Source: Escherichia phage anhysbys
Sequence record: NC_052656.1
Length of the DNA stretch: 64,000 nt
Reading direction: 5' to 3' (one strand)
Shown here: in pieces, positions 1 through 8,226 of the stretch
How the letters are laid out: the number at the start of each line of letters is the position of its first letter
Position numbering within the stretch: position 1 is the stretch's first letter
The notes under the pieces: generated by a model
The model's database searches: none
Told to the model about the DNA's origin: nothing
Seen by the model: only the letters and a program-made list of their open reading frames with translations
Program-made: the position numbers and the translations under genes

Positions 1-10
1 TTATTTAACG

Positions 11-943
11 GTGAATGCTGTTGCGGGAAAGGAGTTAGCTCCATCTCCGAGTAGTAGCTTAACGGTTCTAAACGGATATTTCAACCACTCGGCAGATGGG
101 GCAATTACGTTCCCAATTTTATCGGGTACTGTCACACCAGCTAACTTTGTAGTTAAGGTGGATGATGTTGTAATACCTTCAAATAAAGTAATATTTAGAA
201 ATAAAGCTTTCTCTACAGTGGATAGTTATCCAGCAGGAGAATATAGACTGGCTATTGAATTTGCAAGTGCTTCAGTAGTGAATAGTGTTGATGTGTCTAT
301 GGAAGCAAATCCAAATCTTTTAGAATTATGGGGCGGCAACAGAATTGGTTATTCTACAAGCCCAGCCTCACAATTCTTAAAAGGTTGTGCTAACTTAAGA
401 CGAATAACTTCTGATTGTTTTAGTAACACATCTTACACCGGAACATCTATAAGTGGTATCTTCTCTGGCTGTACAAGTTTGACAGCTATCCCTGAAGGAT
501 TATTCAGTGATGCTTTATTTCCTTCAATGACAACAATGTCAAGCACGTTTGAAGGTTGTACATCTTTAACATCTATTCCTTCAGATTTATTTAAGAATCT
601 ATCAAAAGTTACAAGATATTCTTACACCTTTAAAGATTGCACCTCTCTTGCAGAAGTTCCAGCAGGAATGTTTGATAATATTCCAACGAAAGTAACCTCC
701 TTAACAGCTACATTCCAAGGTTGTTTAGCACTTACAGATTTTAATAAAATCTTTAATGACAATCCAGGGTTAACTGTTTGTGGTAAACGTGGAGCATTAT
801 CTTCTTTCTTTAGTGGATGCACAAATCTTACAGGAACAGGAACAACATTAACAAATACATTAGGCGGAGTAGCTAATAGTTACCTATTCAGGTATTGCAC
901 AAAACTTTCTGATTATAATAATATTCCTTCGGGTTATAAATAA
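11..943 (+). CDS. BspA-type leucine-rich-repeat protein; frame is open to the window edge so the 5-prime end may lie upstream
   Basis: Repeated CTSLxxIPxxLF/CTSLAEVPAGMF units; ORF ends at TAA 941-943 followed by a hairpin terminator. Confidence 0.5.
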   Translation: MNAVAGKELAPSPSSSLTVLNGYFNHSADGAITFPILSGTVTPANFVVKVDDVVIPSNKVIFRNKAFSTVDSYPAGEYRLAIEFASASVVNSVDVSMEANPNLLELWGGNRIGYSTSPASQFLKGCANLRRITSDCFSNTSYTGTSISGIFSGCTSLTAIPEGLFSDALFPSMTTMSSTFEGCTSLTSIPSDLFKNLSKVTRYSYTFKDCTSLAEVPAGMFDNIPTKVTSLTATFQGCLALTDFNKIFNDNPGLTVCGKRGALSSFFSGCTNLTGTGTTLTNTLGGVANSYLFRYCTKLSDYNNIPSGYK

Positions 944-944
944 G

Positions 945-973
945 AAAAGGAGCCATTTGGCTCCTTTCTTTTA
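945..973. terminator. Bidirectional rho-independent terminator between convergent genes
   Basis: Hairpin ggagcc-attt-ggctcc flanked by A-run upstream and T-run downstream. Confidence 0.6.
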
Positions 974-999
974 TAAAAACTCTTTATAAATCAATAAGA

Positions 1000-1887
1000 T
1001 CAGAACGGAATATCATCATCGAAGTCCATTGGAGGTTCTTCTTGATTACTTGGAGTTGGTTCTGGTTGTGGTTCAGGCTTTTTAACTTCTTTCTTCTCTT
1101 CTTTCTTAGGTTGTTCTGCGGAACCACGAATGGCAGCAGCAACTTTATCAGACAGAGCTAGAACTTTACGAGCAGAGTCAATCAGATCTTCTACGGATAC
1201 AGTCTTAATGGTATGGTCTTTACAAGCATTGAGAATAGCGTGACCAACAGATGCCCCAAGATCATAATCATTAATATCAACGCCACGAGATTCAGCAATT
1301 TCTGATTTCAGCGTGACAGTTGCAGATTGAACAACCCCAGCGATATCGAAAGCATCGCCTTTAACACCATTACGAATCAGTTCCAGTGCACCATTTACTG
1401 CGTGACCAGTTTCCAGACCTACAGTATCACGTTTTTTATAGGATTGCTTAGGAGCAGCATCGTTGGAACCTTTATTGCCAGAAGATTTGTTAGACTTCTG
1501 AACACCATCGGTAGACAATACTGTAATACGAGATTTTTTAGTATTGTAGTAAGTTTTACCGCCTTTATTATCAACGCGATCAATATCAATACTTACTTCT
1601 ACGCCTTTTTCAATAGTGATCCAATTATCACCTTCTTTGACTTGCAGGTTTTCATAACCTTCTTTCAGTTCAATGTCACCAAGAGAAATCCAAACACCTT
1701 TCTCATCTGGTTTAGCACCTTTCTCTTTCAGAACAAGAGAAGCTCGGTGAGTTGAAACAATCGTTTTTCCTTCCCAATGGAAAGTTTTAGGTTCAGCGAA
1801 TTTATCCAGTTTAACGTAGTCTACGATACCAGTTGCATAAGTTACGGTTTTGCCTTTACGATCAGTTTCAGTATTAATTACGGACAT
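1000..1887 (-). CDS. ssb: Single-stranded DNA-binding protein-like, with host-SSB-type acidic C-terminal tail
   Basis: C-terminus PSNQEEPPMDFDDDIPF matches the E. coli SSB tail (MDFDDDIPF); basic/Pro-rich linker; N-terminal region not recognisable by eye. Confidence 0.55.
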   Translation of the reverse strand: MSVINTETDRKGKTVTYATGIVDYVKLDKFAEPKTFHWEGKTIVSTHRASLVLKEKGAKPDEKGVWISLGDIELKEGYENLQVKEGDNWITIEKGVEVSIDIDRVDNKGGKTYYNTKKSRITVLSTDGVQKSNKSSGNKGSNDAAPKQSYKKRDTVGLETGHAVNGALELIRNGVKGDAFDIAGVVQSATVTLKSEIAESRGVDINDYDLGASVGHAILNACKDHTIKTVSVEDLIDSARKVLALSDKVAAAIRGSAEQPKKEEKKEVKKPEPQPEPTPSNQEEPPMDFDDDIPF

Positions 1888-1903
1888 TATTATCTCCTCT
1901 ACA

Positions 1904-2296
1904 TTACATTAATTTTGCACAGAAAGAGCGGAGTCTTTCCATATCATCTTGCTCTAACAGGTATTTACCTTTACCTATTCCAACTCCAATTTCACCATTA
2001 GGAAAATGAACTATTTGCACTGGGAAACCTCCGAGTTTAATTGTGGCAGCTTTGCCTTCTTCGTCTATAACGTTTCGGATTGTATCTTGCAGTGAAATGA
2101 ATTCTTTGTTTGTAACAGTGGTTTCAATTATTTCAGATGTTTCGACACGAGCAGTTAGCTTCTTGTTTCCACCTTGAATAACCAAAATTTGAAAATAAAA
2201 AGAGTTGTCAAGACCTACAACATTTTTCTCAACTAGTGTCAAACTGGTATAGTTTCCATAAACAGTTTCAACAGCTATCTTAGAACGTTCAGTCAT
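1904..2296 (-). CDS. Hypothetical protein
   Basis: 130-aa ORF tightly packed in minus-strand operon. Confidence 0.4.
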   Translation of the reverse strand: MTERSKIAVETVYGNYTSLTLVEKNVVGLDNSFYFQILVIQGGNKKLTARVETSEIIETTVTNKEFISLQDTIRNVIDEEGKAATIKLGGFPVQIVHFPNGEIGVGIGKGKYLLEQDDMERLRSFCAKLM

Positions 2297-2341
2297 TGGA
2301 TGCTATCCTATCATAAAATGTTTAATATTGTCAAGCTTTAA

Positions 2342-2935
2342 TTACCAAGGAATATCATCTTCTTCCAATCTGGTATCTACTTGAGGTGGACGTGGAACCT
2401 TAACCTCTTTCACAAAACGAAGATATGGGAAACGTGTAGCAATTTTAATAACATGTTTGGCATCTTCTCTAACATCTTTGTGCAAGAAGCAGATCCCTGT
2501 TTCCAAGGTTGTTTCAAAATCTTTAGAATAATAACAGTCCTTCCCATCAAATGCAGCCTGGCAGATGGACAGATCGAACTCATTTAGAAAGGTTGTCATT
2601 ACGCTTGGTTCCATAATCATAAGGTTGCAAAGCTGACCATCACGTTCAAACTCAAAAACGTGTTTAAGACCAGTAACACCTTCATAATTGTCAGAAGCCT
2701 CTTTGTTCCCTAGTTTACGAATATTGGTTCCCATTAAAGCAGATGCAATTAATCCTTGTATTTGTTCTTCAGTCCGATGTGCAGGAAGGGATGTATAGAA
2801 ATCCAGATCACGTCCAGCAATATCAAGAATACGCCAATCACGAACAGCACCGCCAGCCAAGACAGAATTAGGATCAGCGATCTTTAATATGGTAAGAATT
2901 TCTTTGGCAATATTGATTTGTTTTGATTTAGTCAT
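2342..2935 (-). CDS. Minimal nucleotidyltransferase of the CCA-adding/poly(A) polymerase head-domain type
   Basis: Motif LAGGAVRDWRILDIAGRDLDFYT matches the GGxVRD...DxD signature of class II tRNA nucleotidyltransferases; only 197 aa. Confidence 0.5.
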   Translation of the reverse strand: MTKSKQINIAKEILTILKIADPNSVLAGGAVRDWRILDIAGRDLDFYTSLPAHRTEEQIQGLIASALMGTNIRKLGNKEASDNYEGVTGLKHVFEFERDGQLCNLMIMEPSVMTTFLNEFDLSICQAAFDGKDCYYSKDFETTLETGICFLHKDVREDAKHVIKIATRFPYLRFVKEVKVPRPPQVDTRLEEDDIPW

Positions 2936-3146
2936 TGATACGCTCCACAGTTACTTTTACAACATCGTCCATATTAATCTCATCCCCCAAGACCTCAATA
3001 ACACCTTCCTCATAAAGTCGAGCACATTCTTCCCACACTTCAGCTTCCGTCATTCCACCTGCAATCTTATTTGCAAGACCTTTAATAACATCTTCATTTT
3101 GTTCATCAACAAGAATTGAAACATTAAAGCTCACTAATTTACGCAT
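2928..3146 (-). CDS. Hypothetical small protein
   Basis: 72-aa ORF, start overlaps upstream gene end. Confidence 0.3.
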   Translation of the reverse strand: MRKLVSFNVSILVDEQNEDVIKGLANKIAGGMTEAEVWEECARLYEEGVIEVLGDEINMDDVVKVTVERIND

Positions 3147-3323
3147 TGTTTTCTCCTTATACTTCTAAACGGAAAGTTTCTTTAGATACAAAATCGTATC
3201 CACCTTTTTCAAGCCAATCATTGTAAACCTCATCGGCTTGAGACTCTATCATAAAATACCGAGTGGTAACTTCGTCTCCGACAATACGCACAATTTTATA
3301 GCAAATCATGATACCATTTCCCA

Positions 3324-3515
3324 TTAATCTTCCTCCAGATCAATTTCATTATAACAATGTATACAGAAACCATCATTGTGCATATGTTGTTCATAAGACA
3401 TATCTTTACCACAAGACCAACAACGGATATCCCCATCGTCCCATTCACGTTCTTCTTCACCTTCAAATTCATCTGGTAGGTAAGGCATACCAAAATAATC
3501 TAAATCGTAACTCAT
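3324..3515 (-). CDS. Small zinc-ribbon protein (start moved to internal ATG with AGGAG RBS)
   Basis: CWSCG...CIHC pairs of cysteines; RBS aggagaagat before ATG at 3515. Confidence 0.4.
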   Translation of the reverse strand: MSYDLDYFGMPYLPDEFEGEEEREWDDGDIRCWSCGKDMSYEQHMHNDGFCIHCYNEIDLEED

Positions 3516-3528
3516 ATCTTCTCCTATA

Positions 3529-3546
3529 AAGGGGCAGAAGCCCCTT
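3529..3546 (-). terminator. GC hairpin downstream of DNA polymerase stop
   Basis: aaggggcttctgcccctt on the minus strand; weak U-tract. Confidence 0.35.
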
Positions 3547-3564
3547 ATAAAACAATACGTTAGA

Positions 3565-6500
3565 TCAATGACAGGATGCCCAAGAATTACCCACATCATA
3601 TCCGGCAGTAAGCTGAACATTAAGATTGTAAAATTCTCCAGCCTTAGTAACAGCTAAGGCAGCAAGTTCACCTGCCCGACTATAGGCTGTAAACCATCCA
3701 CCTTTGGGAGATTCATGAATGTTAGCCCAAATTTGTCCCGTCTCTTTTTCCTTATTATGCTTCCATTCTTCAACTTTAGCAAGGCATTCTTTATCAATTT
3801 TCTTTTGTTCTTCAGGATCGTCTACTTTCTTCCAACCTAACGATTCAGGTGAAAACCATTTGAATTCTACAAGGTTACGAGAAACTTCAAGCTGGGCTTC
3901 ATCGTGATATGCGATCATTTGTTGCACGAAGTCTTTATTCTTCCAGTCATCTTTAAAGAAGTCAACACTTAGTCCTTCTTCTTCGATCATGTCGTCATAA
4001 ATAACCATTGCACGTTTAGCACAGATAACCCCACCACTTTGGAACAGAGAGTTAAGAATCGCGTGAGCAGAACGAGTAGGAACCTTACGACCGTCAATAC
4101 CCAAAACATATTGTTTACCAGTCTTAACCCAGAAATCGTTTAAACGTTCTTTAAGACGCGCCAATGGGAATGCAGCTTCCCAGAAAGCATCGAACACCAA
4201 TTGACCTGTAAACTTATCGCTACCAATTGTTTTAGCAACCTTGTCGGCTTGTGCACCATAGGTAATACCATACTTAACAGATTTAGCAGGACTACGTTCA
4301 AATTTACGTCCAATAGTTTCAGTGATACGTTTTGCCATCATTGTGTGAACATCATTAGGTTTCTCTAACAACAGAGCGTTACAATATTCGTGTGGCTCCG
4401 GCTCGTACCGCCAACAGTTTCCTGTGATGGTAATGCAGTCTTTCTGACGCATGACCCACGTACCAAGTTCTGTTTGTGGACACCAAACATCCTCTACACC
4501 CCACTCTTCAATAGTCAAACTTTGAACAGGAATGTGAGAGCGGTTAGTCAATGTTGCCACTTTTACTTTCTGCTCTTTTGTATTGAAAGCTACAGAGATA
4601 TTGCCTCCATGCACCAGGTACGAGGCAGTTAAAGCTGCTTCAAAAAGTTCACCTGGGTTCTGCGCCCAACGCCAAACAGGTTTTTGTTTATGTTCGTGCC
4701 AGTAACCATCTGCAATCAAGAAACCTTCCAAGAAAGCTACACGCTCGGCATGAGACATATTAACTACACGTTCTACCCACGGAACATCCCATTTACCTTG
4801 TTGAACAGAAGTTAAACTATTTACCTGATCTTGTTCCATGTTAAATGGAGCATTACAAATAATGTTATCTCCTGTGCAAAGCTCGGCAGTTGTTCTGACT
4901 TTAGGCACATAAGTATTCCCTTTACTACGGGTATTAACATACCAACGGTGATCTGCTGTTGCACGGTAAGTGTGTGATTTCCCTTTAATCTCAAACGTCT
5001 TACTATTTTTATAGAAGACCTTACCTTTTACTTTAGTCCATTCTTTCAGACCTGTTTCAGCATTGTACCCTAAAATCTCATCCCCTTCCTTCAGGTCGTG
5101 ATATCCTACCCAACCTTTACGAGTCAAAGCTTGAGCATCCATCGGCACACAGTAGTGTGATTCAATTTTTGCTTCCAAAGAGTCGAAGTCGTAGCCAATC
5201 TGGAAGTACTTAGGAACCTCTACACCAAACAAGTTACGCATCTCCCATCCAAACAAAGATGTGACACGAGGAATATTAGCTACAGACCTATGCTTCATAC
5301 GAGAGGTTGCAGCATCACATGTAGCTGCTGGGGTAGGAATACGACCATCCGCCCTTACTGCGGCTAAGAAACCTTTATCATATTCTTGATCTTCCTCATC
5401 TTCTTCCCAATCAGCACCACCGCCTAAAATAGAGTTCCTACGATGCTTATACGTTAAGTATTCTACAATCTGTGTAGCATAAGGGAATTTCTCACCTAAA
5501 GCTTGCAGGTTAGGACAGATTTCTTTTTCCTGACCTTTGGTAAAACATGGGTTAGTCAATACTTTAAGACCGCGACCCTTACCTTTTGCTATACGCTCTT
5601 GAATCTTCCTCTCCAAGGTTTCCGGTGTGCACTCCAGATGATCACAACGATCCTGACAAAAATTAGAAGACAGAGTTTGCTCAACGTAAGCTCGAATACC
5701 TTTCTGAAGTTCTTCCTCGCTCTTTTTAATCTTGGTGCCAGATTTAAGAGTCAAGTCTTTATCTTTATATTCAGACGGTACCCAACCTAATCCTACAAGC
5801 CAGTTTTTAATATGGGTAGTATCGTTCAATGTTGCAGGGATATTAGGATCACACAAAGGCTCATCTGCTGCAACTGGTAGTTTCCACTCTTTCCCCAACA
5901 TAACTAACCACCAATCGCCATCCCTCTCTTCCAAATGACCATCATGTTTCTTAGCAAAATTGATCATATGGTTAGTTGGCTCTAAGTTCTTTTTAATTTG
6001 CAACTTAGGTGGAATAAAAGCCTTAAGATAACCTTTTGTTGCTGGTTTAGGTGGCAAAATAGGCTCAACGAGTAAACGAAGACGCTCCATTTCTGCATCC
6101 AAAAAAGCAAGGTTCTCTTCTGCTTGCTTCATGTTAAAAGCAAACCCACGGTGTTCCTGGCGTGTAATAATGTCTGCTACACGTTGTTCAAGTTCAAATG
6201 GACCTTCCCATTTATCATAATCACCCCATTCTTCCATAAGGTAATTATATACGCTCGTATTGGCTTTGTTGTCATAGATACAGTAATAAAGCATATCCGC
6301 AGCAAAAGTCTTAAATCGATCTTCTTCTGGAATCTCTTTACGGAAATCTATTTTTACATCACCACCTGCTTTTCGAGAAAGTGCTGCCAAGCTATGTCCT
6401 GATTTGCCCTCAATCTTTCGATCTGGGTTTAACACTTTACTCAAAATCAAGGAGTCAATAAGTTTTACCTTATTTTTGCCCCACGTATTATATTTAACAC

Positions 6501-6897
6501 TGTAATCTAAACCATAAAACAGTTTTGTAGCCAACCAGTCATAGTTGATACCGTTGTGAGCCACAGCCATTTCAACCAGATATTCAGGCTTATCTTTAAA
6601 ATAACCTTCATGATTAATAAAGTCTGGGAAATCTTTTAGTTGAAAATGTGTGTAATCTTGCGCCACATACTCTTTAAGAACATATGTGTATTTACCATCT
6701 GACTCTTCATAAGGACGCCCATCAAAGATGTATTTAGGGCCATCGTGGAAAGCTACTATTTCTCCTGTTTCATGGTTCTCTAAGACAATACAGTGCATTT
6801 GAAATGTGTCTTTGAGACGATAAGGACTAGCTAAATAATCGATAGTGTCATTATTCAACAATCCGTTTGCTTCAATATCCCATGTAAACTTACTCAC
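3565..6897 (-). CDS. Family A DNA polymerase with 3-prime-5-prime exonuclease domain, interrupted in frame by an intein
   Basis: Exo motif DIEANGL; motif A GYDFDSLEAKIESHY (cf DYSQIELRIMAHL); motif B RSPAKSVKYGITYGAQ; motif C AYHDEAQLEV; 245-aa insertion between motifs A and B. Confidence 0.85.
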   Translation of the reverse strand: MSKFTWDIEANGLLNNDTIDYLASPYRLKDTFQMHCIVLENHETGEIVAFHDGPKYIFDGRPYEESDGKYTYVLKEYVAQDYTHFQLKDFPDFINHEGYFKDKPEYLVEMAVAHNGINYDWLATKLFYGLDYSVKYNTWGKNKVKLIDSLILSKVLNPDRKIEGKSGHSLAALSRKAGGDVKIDFRKEIPEEDRFKTFAADMLYYCIYDNKANTSVYNYLMEEWGDYDKWEGPFELEQRVADIITRQEHRGFAFNMKQAEENLAFLDAEMERLRLLVEPILPPKPATKGYLKAFIPPKLQIKKNLEPTNHMINFAKKHDGHLEERDGDWWLVMLGKEWKLPVAADEPLCDPNIPATLNDTTHIKNWLVGLGWVPSEYKDKDLTLKSGTKIKKSEEELQKGIRAYVEQTLSSNFCQDRCDHLECTPETLERKIQERIAKGKGRGLKVLTNPCFTKGQEKEICPNLQALGEKFPYATQIVEYLTYKHRRNSILGGGADWEEDEEDQEYDKGFLAAVRADGRIPTPAATCDAATSRMKHRSVANIPRVTSLFGWEMRNLFGVEVPKYFQIGYDFDSLEAKIESHYCVPMDAQALTRKGWVGYHDLKEGDEILGYNAETGLKEWTKVKGKVFYKNSKTFEIKGKSHTYRATADHRWYVNTRSKGNTYVPKVRTTAELCTGDNIICNAPFNMEQDQVNSLTSVQQGKWDVPWVERVVNMSHAERVAFLEGFLIADGYWHEHKQKPVWRWAQNPGELFEAALTASYLVHGGNISVAFNTKEQKVKVATLTNRSHIPVQSLTIEEWGVEDVWCPQTELGTWVMRQKDCITITGNCWRYEPEPHEYCNALLLEKPNDVHTMMAKRITETIGRKFERSPAKSVKYGITYGAQADKVAKTIGSDKFTGQLVFDAFWEAAFPLARLKERLNDFWVKTGKQYVLGIDGRKVPTRSAHAILNSLFQSGGVICAKRAMVIYDDMIEEEGLSVDFFKDDWKNKDFVQQMIAYHDEAQLEVSRNLVEFKWFSPESLGWKKVDDPEEQKKIDKECLAKVEEWKHNKEKETGQIWANIHESPKGGWFTAYSRAGELAALAVTKAGEFYNLNVQLTAGYDVGNSWASCH
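4417..5151 (-). mobile_element. Intein (Hint domain with LAGLIDADG-like homing-endonuclease motif) within the DNA polymerase
   Basis: Starts CVPMD (Cys codon at 5149-5151), block B TADHRWYV, LAGLIDADG-like AFLEGFLIADGYW, ends ITGN followed by Cys; extein resumes CWRYEP. Confidence 0.6.
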
Positions 6898-7691
6898 TAT
6901 TCCTCCTTTCTAATGTTCTCCAGAACCCACTGAAGTTCTTTTAAACTTAAACTTCTTACTCCCGCAGTTTTACTAGCTTCAGCTTTAAGTAACGGGTAAG
7001 CCTCAATGATACGCGTTTTAAGATCAGAAGTCAAGGCTTTTAAAAAATAGGTAGATGCTTCAGATAAAGAATCTTCTTCTGATAACACTTTACCTGCACT
7101 TGCTCCCGCTCTCCTAACGGCTATATCGTAGTCTTTACTGTTACCTAATACGAATAGTCGATTCTCTCCTAAAACAACGGGAGAACGCTTCTCGTTGCGT
7201 TTAATCCATATCTGGAATACACAAGGAACATCCCAAGGTTCTCCATGAAGAATAAAAGATCCTTTTGGACATTCTTCTTCGTAAAGAAGATGCATGTGGG
7301 GATTTAGTTTGTGTGCAAAAAAGATTTTTTGAAATGTGCGAGGCAAGATAAAACAAATACCACCTTCGTTATCCAGCATTTCAGCACAATGGTTAAAGAA
7401 TTTAATGGCAAGACTAGCATTTTTTCCAAATGGAGGATTACCGACAAAAGCAGTTACACTACCAACAGACTCAACAGATTGAGCTAAAAAATCTGCCTCA
7501 ATACAATCTTCAAACTTAGGGTCAATATCAAAAGAAGTTATGTTTTTAAAACAAGAAGAGAAAGCTCCTTCTCCCGCAGATGGTTCTACGTAGTTAGCTT
7601 CCTCTCCAAAAATTTCTTTGATCTTATCACATAAGAACCCCGCATAAGCGGGGTTAGTGTAATATTGATCAAGTGTGTTCAACTTGCTCAA
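6897..7691 (-). CDS. N6-adenine DNA methyltransferase
   Basis: SAM motif EPSAGEGAF and catalytic motif NPPFG. Confidence 0.7.
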   Translation of the reverse strand: MSKLNTLDQYYTNPAYAGFLCDKIKEIFGEEANYVEPSAGEGAFSSCFKNITSFDIDPKFEDCIEADFLAQSVESVGSVTAFVGNPPFGKNASLAIKFFNHCAEMLDNEGGICFILPRTFQKIFFAHKLNPHMHLLYEEECPKGSFILHGEPWDVPCVFQIWIKRNEKRSPVVLGENRLFVLGNSKDYDIAVRRAGASAGKVLSEEDSLSEASTYFLKALTSDLKTRIIEAYPLLKAEASKTAGVRSLSLKELQWVLENIRKEE

Positions 7692-7700
7692 TAGTCCTCC

Positions 7701-8132
7701 TTAGTTGTTAGCGAACTCAATAGTGAGGTCCACTTTACCATCATCAGAAATAACCATGTTTTTTGTATTTTTAAAGATGATATCTACTTTACCTTCACTT
7801 ACACGACAGAATGCAACACCATCTGCAACTTTATCAATATAATATTTGTAAGAAAGAATACCCACTTTACTACGACCAGCACCTTTTGTGAAAGAAGGGC
7901 TTACATCGAAACGGAAACCTTTAGAAGAAACAACACGGTAAGAACGTCCAGTTGGGATATGTTCAATAACAGAGACATTGTTCTCAACAACTTTTACAGC
8001 AAACTCTTCAGGATGATCCTCAACAATCATATGTGGGATGGCAAATGCCAACGCTTGTTTGTGTTTAATAACACCAGCACCCAGAGCACCAGCAGCTTTA
8101 ACTTTTGCATTCAGATCGATTGTCATACGCAT
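7701..8132 (-). CDS. Hypothetical protein
   Basis: 143-aa ORF. Confidence 0.4.
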   Translation of the reverse strand: MRMTIDLNAKVKAAGALGAGVIKHKQALAFAIPHMIVEDHPEEFAVKVVENNVSVIEHIPTGRSYRVVSSKGFRFDVSPSFTKGAGRSKVGILSYKYYIDKVADGVAFCRVSEGKVDIIFKNTKNMVISDDGKVDLTIEFANN

Positions 8133-8210
8133 TTTTACTTCTCCTCTTGTTTGGTTGATGAGACAAGTATAAGTCCCTTCCGCAAAGTTGTCAACAGGTA
8201 TTTTTAATAA

Positions 8211-8226
8211 AAGGGCCGAAGCCCTT
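8211..8226 (-). terminator. Hairpin at primase-helicase stop
   Basis: aagggcttcggccctt followed by uuauuaaaaa on minus strand. Confidence 0.4.

Noticed and set aside
1327-1755. Plus-strand 142-aa ORF
   Set aside because: Lies antisense and entirely within the SSB-like gene, low-complexity translation, no RBS; spurious.
2296-2341. TTGACA-containing sequence upstream of the 1904-2296 gene considered as another promoter-stem-loop cassette
   Set aside because: No convincing -10 and no hairpin.
3565-6897. DNA polymerase considered as a split gene or pseudogene because of the large insert
   Set aside because: Reading frame is continuous and the insert has intein boundary features, so an intein is the simpler explanation.
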